Origin: Protoeuglena noctilucae
Lineage: Eukaryota
Assembly: GCA_958009085.1 (NCBI GenBank)
Contig: OY253668.1
Coordinates: 806,001 to 870,000 of the forward strand
Reading direction: 5' to 3'
Length of the DNA stretch: 64,000 nucleotides
Part shown: piece by piece, positions 1 to 15,189 of the stretch
Layout of the letters: each line of letters begins with the position of its first letter
How positions within the stretch are numbered: the first letter of the stretch is position 1
Notes under the pieces: generated by a model
Databases searched by the model: none
Told to the model about the DNA's origin: nothing
What the model saw: the letters and a program-made list of their open reading frames with translations, nothing else
Translations under genes and position numbers: made by a program

Positions 1-394
1 CGCCACCAACTTTCGCGCGGCCCGACGGTGCGTTACCGACACATCTTCGTCCCGAGGCCAGCCGTTCTCCACAAGGAGCCGTTGGACCAGATCCTCGAGC
101 ACCAGCTCGAGCCCTTCGGCCGACCCCCCCCGCGCCATCCCCAAGCGCATCTGCGCTCGCCCAAGGGCACCGGCTGCCCAGCAGATCCACGAGATGTCGA
201 GGCAGCGGTGGCCGTCGCCGGAGGGGAGCCCTTCCCTTGGCACACTTTTCGGGCTGGTGCGGCCCTAGGGCAATGACCCCGCGGCCCGCCCGGCGTCTCA
301 AGAGGGCCCGGCCCCCCCGCCTGCCGGCACAACGCCTTGTCTTGTTGATTCCTTCCACCTCGCCCCCGGCGCCCCTCCTCCCCCCGCCTCTAAC

Positions 395-3055
<2,661 letters not shown>

Positions 3056-3396
3056 TAGCTAGGCCGCGTGCGGGCGCACGTGCCCGTGCCGGCGTCGTAG
3101 ATGCATGTGCAACATAAGTGACTCCGTTCTAGGCGTTTCGCTGTCCACGGGGCCGCGTCGCGCGCATGGAGGCGGGCTCTCGGAGCTCGTAACGCGCGCA
3201 GGCGACGTTGAAGCTGTCCCTCTTAAGACTAGTGTGCCTGTTCAGTTCGCTTCATCGCCTGCGCGGCGAACCCTAATCCTCCGACCAAACACGGCCACTG
3301 CACAAGGCACGCCAATGTGGCGCCTGCTCATCATCCATGCATGTCCATCAACACTGCCTCTCCTACACATGACATGCACATCACATGCGTGAGACT

Positions 3397-5585
3397 CTAC
3401 TGATCCTTCTTCGCTCCCTCATCACCCAGGAAGGTCGTCGAGTCGCCCCCAAAGTACTCGTTCGGCTGCCCATTGTCAGTCGGCGTGCTCCCCAGCGTGT
3501 GCACCCCACGCCGCTCCCCCGCGCTGCGATCACAGACCAAGGCTCCATACCACGCCCGGCAACGCTTTGCAAACGCAGACTGCGGCAGGCTGGGGGCACG
3601 GCACGCACCTTCCAGCGCCAGCCTTGCTGCTCACAGGCAAGTGAGGGCCCGGGGTGGGGTCCCGGCGTCCGGCGTCTTGAGAAACATCGTCTCCGTCGTC
3701 GTGGTCACCAGTCAGCCAGTAGTACCACTCGAACGGGTCGAACCACGACAGGATGCGGGAAAGGCTGAAGGACCCACTGGCACGCCCGGCCTCGGGTCGG
3801 GAGGCGGGACCGCGGGAGGCGAAGACGGAAGGCAGCAGGCGCTGGACGCCAGCCGAGAGCGACGCCGAGCCCAGGCCGAAGGGCCCGTCTGGGGACGGGG
3901 TCAGCAGCAAGCGCGAGCGGCCGCACAGCGAGAGGTCCGACTGCGGACGCCGAGGGATGGTCGCTGTCAGGTCAAGCGCCACAGACGGGCCCTTCCTGGC
4001 ACCGAGAGAGCCAGTCCAAGTGCCAGCGCATGCCGCGTATGTGAGGCCTGGGGCAACTCGCCAGGGTGCGGTCCTTGTCCTGGAGCTGCAGCACGGCCCT
4101 CGGGTAACTCGTCTCCAGGCTGAAGCTGCCAGGCCCGTCCGTCCTACTGACTTGGATCCACGCTAGCACGTCCGCGAGGGTGGCGTCGGCATCGAACTCG
4201 CCCGTGATGGTGCCGCGGTTGGCCAAGCGCACGCTCACGATCGCGTCCGGGACAATAGAGTCCATCCCTGCATGGGCGGCCACATAACGCCTCGTCACAG
4301 CTCTAGGGTGCGTCGAACTGTTGAGCATGCCTCGTCCCTTATGCATTGCCAGCGTCACCCTGGCCGCTCGCAGCTGCCCGGTCCACGTCCACCGCCTCCT
4401 CCTCCTCGTCACTCACGACCCGGCAGACATCCCCGTCACAGACCACCCGACCCCGCTTGGGTTCCGCCGGCTTGCTGGGCCCAGGCGCGGACTCCTGAGC
4501 AGTGGTATGCTGGGATCCCAGCCCCGACCATCCTGGGGCGGCGTCCGCGGCCGGCCCGCTCTGGGCGTTGGATGCGGTGCGAGAGGTGAGCGCATCCAGC
4601 GCACCCGTGACGGTGCGCACCACCTCGGCCTTGCTGCAGGCGCCCTGCTGGTACGCCAGGACCCGTCCCTGCGGGCTGATGATGGCCAACGCCGGCACGA
4701 ACGGCGTGGGGTACAGAGCCCTGCGGCGAGGATGGAGCCGGGCCGTCTTATCAGCGCAGCCACGGGCACACAGGCAAGGCCATCCTCGTCGCTGGCCTCA
4801 CTTGAACTGCTGGGCGGCCTTGAAGTGCCCCGCCTGCGCCGCGTCCATCGAGTCGGGCAGAGCGACCACGACGGCCTGCTCCTGCAGCCTCTTGCGCAGG
4901 GGCGGCTCGTTAAGAGCGTCCGACATGGCGTACCTGTCCACACCCTCCGTGTACAGGAGGCACACGAAGGGCTTGGACTCCATCCTGGCCTTGGCCACCG
5001 CGTCCTCCACCTTGCCGCTGAAGAAGATGCGGGAATCCTCGCCGGCGCCCGCAGCCGGCGCATCACTCCAAGAGGCCCCCTTCACGGCGCAGTTCTGCGA
5101 CACGAGCCGCTCCAGCGCGCGGGGATCGGCACCCTTGACCTCGCTTCGCTGAATTCCATTCACCCAGACCTGCGCCGCGCGGTCAGAAAGCAATCCTGTC
5201 GCGGAGGAAGGCATGACAAGCGCGCACACGTTGCCGGGGCGCACGTAAATGTCCGGCTCGCCTGGAACGTGGGCACCGAGGTGATGCCGAGGTAGTTCGA
5301 GACGTAGCTGGCCCTGTCGATGTCCAGCTCAGCGAATATCGCATCGTACTGACCCGCCAAGCGCTCGAACACGGGCGCAATCCTCCGGCACGGGCCGCAC
5401 CAGGCCGCTGCTTGCAGAAAACGCGTTGAGGGGCCTCACGGCTTGCCGGAGGGGGACCGCGTCCGCGTGGGGCGACAGGGACACGCACCTGAGAACTTGA
5501 CCACCAGCGGCTTCCGCTCGCTCATCGAGCGCGTCACCAGCGGCTGCCACTCCCCGGCGTTCGTGACATGGACCACGTCCCCCAT
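3397..5585 (-). CDS. Thioredoxin (WCGPC) + UAS-like + UBX domain protein, UBXN4/PUX11-like p97 adaptor (about 7 exons)
   Basis: Spliced reading gives MGDVVHVTN...LVVKFSAAWCGPCRRIAPVF...TSVPTFQ|VWVNG. Then a UAS-like region (FFSGKVEDAVAKAR...LYPTPFVPALAIISPQG), a UBX domain (VSVRLANRGTITGEFDADATLADV...TSYPR...DRTL|SDLSLCGRSRLLL), a hydrophobic patch (ILSWFDPFEWYYWL), and a tail GVHTLG...NEYFGGDSTTFLG resembling the UBXN4/PUX11 WNGNST motif. Confidence 0.88.
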
Positions 5586-6025
5586 CCCGCCCGCGAAGAG
5601 CGATGCCGCCACCAGAGGCGAGTCACGCAGGCGAGTGAGGGGGGATGCTTAGCAAACAGACTTTTCAGGACGGAGCTCTTTCTGGCGCGCCAGAAAACAC
5701 GACCCCCTCCCACGGTCCCTGTCAAAGCCCTCTTACGCTCATATACCTTTTATGCTTCCCTGCGCGGACGGGAGCCTGCCCAGGTCATCGGACGCGGCAT
5801 CTGAGCCGTTAGCGTCGAGAATTCCCCTGTCGCTAGCTTTGGTGGCAACCAACTCTCAATCAGCTCGCTGAGATTGCATCTTGACCCGCGCCGAGCAGCG
5901 CTTCTTCGGTCCTATCTAGAGGGGGTGGAGAAGCCATGGCGTGCGCCGCGGCCTGCATCCACGCGCTGCGTACGCCACAGCCCCTTTTCCGGAGCGATCG
6001 GCATTTGCGGATCCCGGAACGATGC

Positions 6026-7391
6026 ATGGCTATCACCTCGCATGGCTCAGGGCTCCCCCGGACGCCCCTGCGCTCGCCGGTGCCCCGGGCAGGAGAGAGG
6101 GGTGCACTCGGCCCCCAAGCCCATGCATGGCGGCCCCTGCGCGCGCTATCCATCGCGCAGTCGACCACGTCGTTCCAGCTGCCGCCGCTGAGACCTCTGG
6201 ACGAGAACTACGAGGTCGGCGCGCCGCGTTGCATTGCCGGTCAACTTCCAGAAAATGCGTGCCTGGCCCCGCCTGTCCTCTCGCCGAACGCCGGTGTCGA
6301 ACACCCGTTTCTTCCTTCCGGGTTCGCAGGCGGTGCACTGCTTCACGGACTACGCCAACTGGCTCATCCCCGGGCACCTCCTGGTGGGGCGCTATCCGTA
6401 CGTGGAGCCATCGCGGTGCAAGGATCGGGCCAAGGGAGAGGACCAGCTGATGGAGCTCGTGCAGGCCGGGTGCACGACCTTCATTTCGCTGCAGGCTGAG
6501 ATCCCGGCGCAGGAGAAGCTCCCCATCCGGGGCATGGGGGTGAGGCTGGGCTGGGCGTGAGGGCTAGAAATCGTATGCCGCGCCTGTGATGTCGTCGAGC
6601 ATCTCAGCTGGCACCTGAAACGCCCGCGTCGTTCCGGAGCCGCAGGGTTTCCTGCCCTACAAGTCGACCGTGCTGCTGCAGGCGTCGGCGCACTACGGAC
6701 CGCCCCCCATGGCGGAGGTCGAGGGGCTGAGGAACAGGCGAGGCGCTCTCTGCGCCCATCGCATAGCTGCTGCGTCCCATCTATCTTACAAGCGCCCTTT
6801 GTGACTGGGGCTCCGCCTTGACCGCCGGCTTGGTTCCAAGACGGCTCCGCAAGCGCGAGTCTCGTGCCGCCACTCGGGCTGCTCGCGCAGGAACCTGGAC
6901 AAGTTCCTGCCGCCGCGGAGGAAGCCCAAGGCGTATGCGGACCCTCGGCCGGAGCTGCAGTTCCTGCACTGCCCGATCGAGGACCTGTCGGTGCCGACGG
7001 GCGAGCAGCTGCGGGACTACGTGGACAAGGTGGTGGCGAGTCTCCAAGCGGGGGAGCGCGTCTACCTGCACTGCTGGGGAGGGAGGGGCCGCGCGGGGCT
7101 GGTCGGGGCGTGCGTGCTGGCGACCATCTACGGCATCAGGTGATGCGCGTGCGTCATGCCACGCAGGGTGATGTTGGAGCACAAGCGCTCCAGATGGCAC
7201 AGGCGATGGCCGCGGCGACCGAACTGAGCCTCAACCCTTTGCCCCGCATCATTCGCAGTGCGGACGAGGCATTGGAGCGGGTGCAGCGCTCCTTCGACAC
7301 GCGTCAGGATGGGGGTCGGCGCTCCCCCGAGACGGACGAGCAGATCGCGCTCGTGAAGGCGTTTGTGAGCTCCGCTAGGGCTGCGGCCTAA
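6026..7391 (+). CDS. Protein tyrosine / dual-specificity phosphatase-like protein (CX5R), possibly plastid-targeted; 5 exons
   Basis: Motifs ANWLIPGHLLVGRYP, FLHCPIEDLSVP, active-site loop VYLHCWGGRGRAG and C-terminal RRSPETDEQIALV. Ser/Arg/Pro-rich N-terminus. An alternative in-frame ATG lies at 5936. Confidence 0.88.
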
Positions 7392-8194
7392 GCTTCGGGT
7401 TGCCACGGCCGTGCAGGCCGCCCACGCTTCGTCGCAGGCCTCTCTCGGGCCGGTGCGGCTGATCGATGAAGACGTGTTCGAATAGGCGCGCTCACAAACG
7501 AACAATAGTGGAAAGACACGATTTTGTCTGGCACTTTCGCCGCGTCTTCTGGAAGGTGGGGACGCGACGTTCCCCAGGAGTCGCTCGCGTCGCTGACCCT
7601 TCGCCAAACATCGGGCATTCCCACACCAATTGGCAGCACATAGCGTCCACGATGTCGGCCCTCGCTCGTCCTGTCGCTCTCCCCGTCCCCACGGCCCGCC
7701 CTATGGGCGCCCGGGCCGTCAGGTACGCGGCGCGCTGGACAGAGTCGCTTCTTTTCATGCTTTTCGTTGCCCACGGCTGATCTCGCGGCCCCGAACGCCT
7801 TCGTCGACGAAGGAATCCGCTTTCAAGGCCCGGAGCGCTGAGATGCCTGTTCGTGACGGCACGTAGCCCTAAAGCTCAATGGCGCCTCCGACCGGTTTCC
7901 GTATCGCCGTTCCAGCGCAACGGTCGGCGCGCGCTCGCATGCAGCTGACCCAACCGGTCGCTTGCGCGCTCGGCCACTATCCAGGCCGTGGCGCCGTGAG
8001 CGGCCGCTGAACACCTTGCGGGGACACGTTGGCGGCGTGAACTCACAGTCGGCACGGACCGTGGTGCTCAAAGCCGCGCCGTTTCGTCGCACCGATCAGG
8101 CGACGCTCGCAGGCTCCTGCGCTCACTGCGCATCCGGCTCCGCACGTCCCGCAGGGCCCAGCCTCGCTCGCTGGTGGTGAGGCGCGCGGTGGAT

Positions 8195-9008
8195 ATGGCG
8201 GTGCGCATGTACCCCGACCCGGTCTTCATCGAGGACACGATCAAGGCCTTCCCGAACAAGAGTGTGGCGAACGCGGAGGAGGCGCGGGTGAGCCCTGCGG
8301 CTGCCAGCCTGGCGAGCCCACGAAGCGTTTGCAGACGCCTTTGAGCGTCGGATGCGCCGGGGGCCTGGCCCGACGCGGACCAGTGGGTCTGCGTGGCTGG
8401 ACGTGTGCCAAACCGTGTTGCAGGCTCTGGTGGCCGAGGGCGGGTACAAGTTCCTCGATGTGCGTTCCGAGCTCGCTCGCACGGAGGGCCCTCTGATGAG
8501 CTCGATCCACATCCCCCTGACGAAGGCCAAGAGGCGGTTCGACTCGAGCACCAGGCAGAGTGTGTACGACTACACCGAGATCAGCGAGTCGGAGTGGATG
8601 GCGCAGGTCACCAAGAAGATCCCCAGCAAGGACACGAAGCTCATCGTCGTGTGCGCCGACGGCACGACCAACGCCGTCCGCGCCCTGGAGGCTCTGGATG
8701 GCGCGGGGTACAAGAACCTGGTGGGGCTCAGGGTGAGCGGAGCTGCCTGCCTGGCTGGGCCATTCCCAGGGCCATTCCCATGCGGTCGGGGAGCACGTCC
8801 GGACTGCGATTCTCTCGCCTCGGCCTCGTCCGCGCAGGGCGGTTACTTGCGGTTCAACCAGTCGTTCGACGTCAAGGGCAACCGCCGCGTGTACACCGAG
8901 TACAAGGAGGACTACAGCCACAGCGCCGACTCGGCTGGCATCCACGCCTCGGGCGCGGGGTTCGCCAAGATGGACCCCTTGATCAAGTACGACATCATCA
9001 TCCACTGA
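8195..9008 (+). CDS. Rhodanese-like domain protein (true start probably further upstream, with a transit peptide)
   Basis: YKFLDVRSELA...SIHIPL...KLIVVCADGTTNAVRALEALDGAGYKNLVGLR|GGY. The in-frame upstream stretch RRAQPRSLVVRRAVD looks like the end of a transit peptide. Confidence 0.85.
8757..8780. repeat. 12-bp tandem duplication (GGGCCATTCCCA x2) in a rhodanese intron
   Basis: Two exact adjacent copies are visible in the sequence. Confidence 0.85.
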
Positions 9009-9072
9009 GCTGCTTGCCTGCTTGCGCTGTTGACTGTCGTGTGCTGGCCCCCATGTGTGGGGGCGCTTGTTC

Positions 9073-9077
9073 TGTAA
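9073..9077 (+). promoter_or_regulatory. Candidate chlorophyte polyadenylation signal TGTAA for the rhodanese gene
   Basis: TGTAA lies about 65 nt after the stop. UGUAA is the known near-upstream poly(A) element in many chlorophytes. Confidence 0.45.
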
Positions 9078-9208
9078 GATCCGGGACGCTATAGCACCGG
9101 TGCGCTTAAAGGAAAAAGCGATCATCGACCGACTACATGCTTAGCTGGGATGGAGCTAGGATGGAGCGGAGGGAGTATGCACGCCGCGCGGCCAGGTCAG
9201 CGCGGCCG

Positions 9209-12200
9209 TCACCCCGCCCCGACCGCCACCGTCTCAGACGCCCCGAACGTGCTGTGGCCGTCGCTCTTGCCCGCCAGCGAGGCCTTGCTGCGCGGGCCGC
9301 CCTGCACCCACGCAGTGCCCAGGCGCGCCCCCAGCACCTCCGCCTCCCGCGACGCCCGCATCTCCTCCATGGCCATCGCCCCGGCCGCGCCCGGCAGCCA
9401 GTAGGCACTCCTGGGCCGGTCCGTCGCGCCCACGTCCCGTGTGCTCTTGGGCCGCGCGCTCATGGGCCGCGCCAGGTGGGCCCCCACCGATGCCTCCACC
9501 CCCGCCGGGTGCAGCAGCCGCACCAGGTCCGCAGCGTCCGGGCCCAGCAGCACCGCCAGCTCCAGCGCGCCACGCTCCGGCAGGCGCTCGTCCCACTGCG
9601 GAGGAGCAGAAGCGGGGAGGGTGTCTGCGAACCCCTTCCATGCTCCTCCAGTACTCAGAACACATAGCCCAGCCGGCGATGCTGTTGTGAACCTGTGACC
9701 AACCCCATGTTCGCATTCCATGTCATGTCTCGCGCCTCGCCTTGATGTCCCGGATGTCGAAAGTGGCCTTTTTGCCCCCGACGGGAAAGTTGTTCCCGAG
9801 GAGGCGGTAGGTGCGGATGCCGAGCTTGAGCGACCAGAAGGCCACCTTGCCCTTGGCCGTCGCCTCCAGCTCATGCTCCACCAGCAGCTTCAGTATGTCC
9901 TTGTGCTCGTCGTTCGAACACTCGAGCTTGAACTCCTCCCCCACCGTCACCACGCGGGGCTTGGGGCCCTTCTGCGGGCGCGCGGTCGCAAGGGTTGTTG
10001 TTGCTTCACTCCTGATAGAAAGCTGCATAGCCGCAGTCGGCATCACGCATGCACCACCGCCGTCCCTTCCCCTCCCTCTCACGCCCCTCTCTCACCTTCC
10101 CTTTCTTCTTCCCCTTGCCCTTCTTGGACCCCTTCCCCTTGGCCGGCTCCCCCACCAGCTCCCGCAGCTCCTCCTCCCCCCGCGCCACCTCCCCCGGCAG
10201 CTTCGCCTGCCTGTTCAGGCACGTCGTCGTCACGTGGTTGTGCAGCACCGACACCACGCGGCCGCCGTCGCGGTGCTGGGGCAGGTCCGCCAGCTTGCGC
10301 AGCTGCCGCGCCAGCACCACCGGGGCCACGCCGGAGAGGTCGTGGTCGCTGATGTCGATCTCGAATGTCCAGCTGGGCGGGAAGGCCGGCGGGAGGCCCG
10401 AGGCGCCGTCGGCGAACTCAGACAGGGTCCCCGCCATGCCCGCCAGGAGCGTGGCTACGGCGAGCGTGGCCCGCGTGCCCATGCGGGTCCCCGCCAGGCC
10501 CAGGAAGTGCACCTTCATCCGCACGGGGTCCTCCGCCCAGATCCCCGACAGCGTGCGGACGAGCGAGCACACCCCCGCGTCGCCCAGGCCGTTGTAGGAG
10601 AGGTCGAGGTGCGTGAGGGTCTGGTTGAGCGGGATGACGTTCACCAGCGGGGCGACCCCGGGGCCGCGGATGACGTTCCGCGACAGGTTGAGGGCTCTGT
10701 GGGCGAGCGGCAGGTGATCGTTGGCGACGTCAGCGATGGGGCAAGCACTGCAAGACGAGTTTGCGGAGGGTGGGCGAGAACGCATGATGCCTGGCGCGTC
10801 GACTCACTTGAGGGTGGTGTTCTCTTCGAGGAACTCCGCGAGGACCGCACAGAAGGGCTCCCCGATGCCGCAGTTGGACATCACCAGCTGCGTCAGGGGC
10901 ATGCGGAGGTCCTTCTTGGTGACCTGCCGCGTGCAGAAGCGCAGGGCGCCGAGGAGAGTGGCCGCCGCACGCGAGCCGATGCCTGGGGGCACGAGCGAGG
11001 GTGAGAGAGGATCTGGCGCAGACACGCGGGATGGGTGGCCCGGCACGCGAGCAGACCGGAATATCACGTGGCGAGCAGACCGGAATATCACGTGGCGACA
11101 ACGACCGTGCATGCACACGCAAACACTGGGGCTTGTAGTGCAACGACGAGGCGACCACGGTCGCAGACGGCCAGAGAGGGCGCTCACCGGGGTTGTCCGA
11201 GAGGTCGAGGGAGATGAGCGTGCGCACGAGGAGGCGCGTCTCGGGCAGCCGCATCTTGAGGGGCTTCACCTCCCGGTACTTGGCGAAATCGTCCTGCTCG
11301 AGCTGCGAGAGCGTCGCCTGGCGCAGGGCGGGCGTGGACGCGCGCAGGGCGTACCCGGGCAGCTCCGTGACGCCGTCCTCGGGGATGCCCTCGAAGGAGG
11401 CCATGGCGGGCTCGGCAGCCAGCGCCGAGATGCACGTGGCCACCGAGTGCCGGCGGGACGCAGACGGCACCACGTTGAGGTGGAGGCCGCCCACCACGCG
11501 CGCGGCGGCCGACAGGGGCGGGGCGGGCCACCCGCCGCGGGCGGTGCCGGCGAGGGACGCGGAGGGGCCACCCCCGGGGGAGCTCGGCCAGAAGTCGGCC
11601 GGCATGGACGCCGCCGACGCCCTTGCCGCCTCATACATGCCCCCGGCCGTCGGACGCGACCCGGCGACCATCGACCCGGCCGTCTGCCCCACGGAAATGC
11701 GGATCGTCTCGTATGGGTTGAACCTGCGGTCGTGGGGCAGCAGCAGAGCTGTCACAAATGCCGGATGCACACGCAACGCCGCCAGGTATCTTGGCTGTCG
11801 TGAGCAGGCACTAGTAGTATCGCACCGGTTGCGTGTGTTGGGCATGGCCCCTCCGAGGGGATTGATGCCCGAGAGCTTTGCCGTCCGGTCCGACTCGTAC
11901 ATGGCCCGCATGGGCGTCGCAGGGGTGGGCCCAGGGTCCAAGAAGTCCGCCGGGCGCCCGGTGACGTTCGGGGTCATGGCCTGGTGCGTGGTCCATGGCG
12001 CGCGTGCAGCCGTGCTGAAGGGGTGCGGTGGGAGCTCGTGGCCCTGCGTCCGGGACCGAAGACGAGGCTTGCAGTGACTGGGTGTATGAAGTGCAGAGCC
12101 CTAACAGGGCGTCCCTGCAGTAGCGATCACAAGGTGCGCCCTGCTGCCCCCGCTGCCCCTCACCTCCGGGTCACGGTTCTCCAGGAGGCGCGCCAGGGCG

Positions 12201-14617
12201 ATGGTCCCGACTTCCGACAGGTGGTTCTGGGAGAAGTCGAGGGACGTGATGGGGCAGTAGACGGCCGCGCCCATGAGCCAGCTGAGGGCGCCGTCGTGGG
12301 CGGCGCAGCTCGTGACGTGCAGCGTGCCCAGCGCGCGGAGGTGGGGCAGGACCATCGAGAGGGCCTTGGCCGTCGGCTCGCTCAGGTACGACCCCGACAG
12401 CGCCAGCTGCTCGGCGTGGGGCTCGAGCTGGCTGACGAGCGCCGACAGGGGCGTGCAGCCCAGGCTCCGGCACGTCTTGATGTACATGTCCGCGGGCCGC
12501 ATCCCGATCTCCCCCGCCTCGGGCAGCTGCACCTCCTTCTGCCGGATCGCCATGTCCGTGCTTGCCGCCACGCCCTGTGCCGCCCACGCCACCAGGCCCC
12601 GCGACACGTGGTCCTTGGCACGCGCGGTCAGCCCCGGCGCGTGCGACGTCATGGCCTCGAGCGCGCCCACCACGCCCCGCAGTCGCCGCTCCTCGATCCT
12701 CTTGTGGATGTCGTCGTCCTTGTCCTTGTCCTGCGCCAGCTCCTCTAATCGGTCCCGCACCGCCTGCACCCCGACCCCCAGCAGCGCGTCGGCCCCGGAC
12801 CGGCTCGTCTGCCGCCACATGTCCGCCGCCGCCACGTGCTGCTCCGCGCCGGCCTGCAGCAGCTGCCTCCGCGACCCGGTCAGGTCACCCCACGCTCGCG
12901 GCTTGTCCGCACGACCCCCCGTGCCCGGCCGCGGTCCCGCCGCCTCTGCCGCCGCGGACGACGGTCCCGCCGTCTTCGGCCGCCGCTGCGCGACCGACGA
13001 CGTCGCGGGCTCGAAGGCCTCGTCCAGACCACCCTGCTCGTTGCCTGCATGGAAAGCATGTGACCTTGTGCCTCAGAAAATTGCCAAGCAGGCATTGACG
13101 ACAGCAAATAAGACGTTCCTCCCTGCAGCCCCTCACTCTGGATGCTATCCAGCGCCGCCTGCAAGTTGATCTCGCTCAGCGTCTTGCTCTGCTTGGACGA
13201 ACCCCGCGGTCCGGAGCTCGCTGTCCCGGGGCGGCTGGGCGACCTCTGCCCGACGGCATCCAGAGCTCGCTGGATCTGCGGAGGCGAACGGCGCAACGGC
13301 GTGACGCCAGCAGAGCCAGGGACCTGCCGATGGGACCCTAGTTGGGCACTGCTACCTCCCAGCAGTGCTCCTGAGACACGGCGCCCCTCCCGGCAGTGCC
13401 CCTCGCCTTGGCTTCCTTGGCGGGGTCATTCGTCCCAGACCACGGCCGCGAGGGGTCGGGGGAGTCCCCCGCCCGGCTGCGCGCCCTCCGCGCCTGCGAC
13501 TGCTGCTGCAGGGCCTCTAGGGCCGCCCGGTCGTGCTCCACGGCGCCCTTGCGCTCCGCGAGCTCGCGGCGGAGCTGGTCCGTCTCCGCGTTGATGACCT
13601 GCGCGGGACTTACAGCGGCAAAGGTGGTCCTGCAACCCCGGCGAGCCACAAGTCCACGCGCAGCATAGCCAGCCTGCTGGCCTCTCTTGCGCACCCCTTG
13701 GTTGCCTCACCTGGGCGAACCCCAGGTCCCGCACGTTGATGAAGTCGCTCTCGAGGTTGAGCTGGCGGCGCACGCTCTGCCGCGCCAGCTGCTCGATCTT
13801 GTGCATCATCGCCTGCCCAATCTTGGTGCGGCGCGCGCGCTCCGCGTCCTGGCCCCACAGCTCCTTGATGAGCGCGTCCCTCTCCACCTGCACCCTCTGC
13901 TCGAACTCCACCTGCCCCTGCTCCTTCAGGTCCGCCTGGACCTCCTTGATGTGTGCCAGCGCCCGCTTCCGGACCTGGTTGTTGAACGCGCTCGGCGGGT
14001 CACCCAAGAACTGCCGGTCCTCCCGCCAGTCCTTCGCCTCCGTGGACAGCTTGTGCGCGCGCGTGGCCGAAAAGACACCCTTGTGGTAAGGGCGGCCATC
14101 GGGGCTCACCAGCCCTGCGGCAGAGCACGCGGGGCCAGCTCAGCTTGAGGCGAGCATCATTAGTTGAAGACAACTGGTACCAACGCGGCCATGGGAGGTG
14201 AACCAGGGCGGGCCTGCGCGCCGGCGACGGGACGAGAAGGCGACAACATGTCTGCATGGCGCACCTGGGAGGACGCTCTGATGCGGTTGAGACTTATGCA
14301 AGTGCGCTGCTTCAAAGTCGGAAAGAAGTTCGTGACCCTTCCGCAGCTTGTCCTTGATCCTGTTGTCCGCCAAAGACCGCAGCACCGACTCCTGTGGCAC
14401 CGCCCCTGCGGCGACCAGGAGACCCCTGTTAGCCAAAAGTGTAGGTCCGACAGCATTATCGTTGTATGAAGAATGAGTGGGTTTACAGGGGAGAGGCGTT
14501 GCTGCGCGGGGTCCGCGGCAATCCCTCTGCGCCCTCGCAGTCACCTCTTCGCCCGGTGCCGGCACTCTGCCGGCCCTTCTGCCGCCGGCCCTCCGACGGA
14601 GAAGGAGGTCGATTCAT
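9209..14617 (-). CDS. Large RNI-like leucine-rich-repeat protein with N-terminal coiled coil (multi-exon; start uncertain)
   Basis: RI-type repeats ITSLDFSQNHLSEVG, LISLDLSDNPGIG, LTQLVMSNCGIG, LNLSRNVIRGPG and LTHLDLSYNGLGDAG. Pre-LRR motif YIKTCRSLGCTP. Coiled-coil exons at 13.4-14.1 kb. Confidence 0.78.
11047..11098. repeat. 24-bp tandem repeat (GCGAGCAGACCGGAATATCACGTG, about 2.2 copies) in an LRR-gene intron
   Basis: Two exact copies plus 4 nt of a third. Each copy contains CACGTG. Confidence 0.9.
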
Positions 14618-15189
14618 CGTGAACTCCTCCTCAGTCAGCGTCCATGCCCAGAGGGCGAGGAAATCAGTCCAGTGCTCCCATGCAGGGTGACGTGGCGTGC
14701 GCCCGCCAAGGGAAGGGCAAGATGCGCGGGATAACCGACACCCTGTTGGGGTGGAGGGTGGCGGGGCGTCTTGTCACCACTCACGTGTCCTCGCGCTCGG
14801 GAGCTCCGAGCTGCACCCGCTGGTCCGACCCGTGCCAGTGCCACGCCAGGCACCGTGAGTGCTGAGTGACGACACCGTCCGGTCCGTATTCATCTTATCG
14901 GCACAACGGGCAGGGCGGGCCATCGCGGCGTGCGCGGTCTCAGCCACTCATGCAAGCCACTCGTCTAGTTGCGCATTCCGCCGCTCCAGGGCGCCCGATC
15001 AATCACCCCGGGGCTCGTCCCGTCGCGTATCGCACTACAAAAAACCCAGTGCGACTGGCACCAAGCCCCCTCTGCCCCCCTCACAACATGTCGTCTCGCG
15101 GGTGCGTGTTCGAGACCGTCTTGTGTCCTCAACTCGAGGACACACAACTCTCATCTGCCCACGTCTGCCTCGTTTCTCGTGAGAGACCC

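Noticed and set aside
1..394. Tub-box-like promoter elements upstream of beta-tubulin
   Set aside because: Only partial matches to the Chlamydomonas GCTC(G/C)AAGGC consensus.
7798..7813. Perfect 16-bp palindrome CCTTCGTCGACGAAGG upstream of the rhodanese gene
   Set aside because: A few palindromes of this length are expected by chance in 64 kb of GC-rich DNA, and I saw no second copy.
7392..8100. Short ORFs between the phosphatase and rhodanese genes
   Set aside because: No recognisable motif or coding-like bias. This is probably UTR/promoter plus an unresolved first exon of the rhodanese gene.
11047..11098. CRISPR-like repeat
   Set aside because: The copies are directly adjacent with no spacers, sit in a eukaryotic intron, and have no cas genes nearby.
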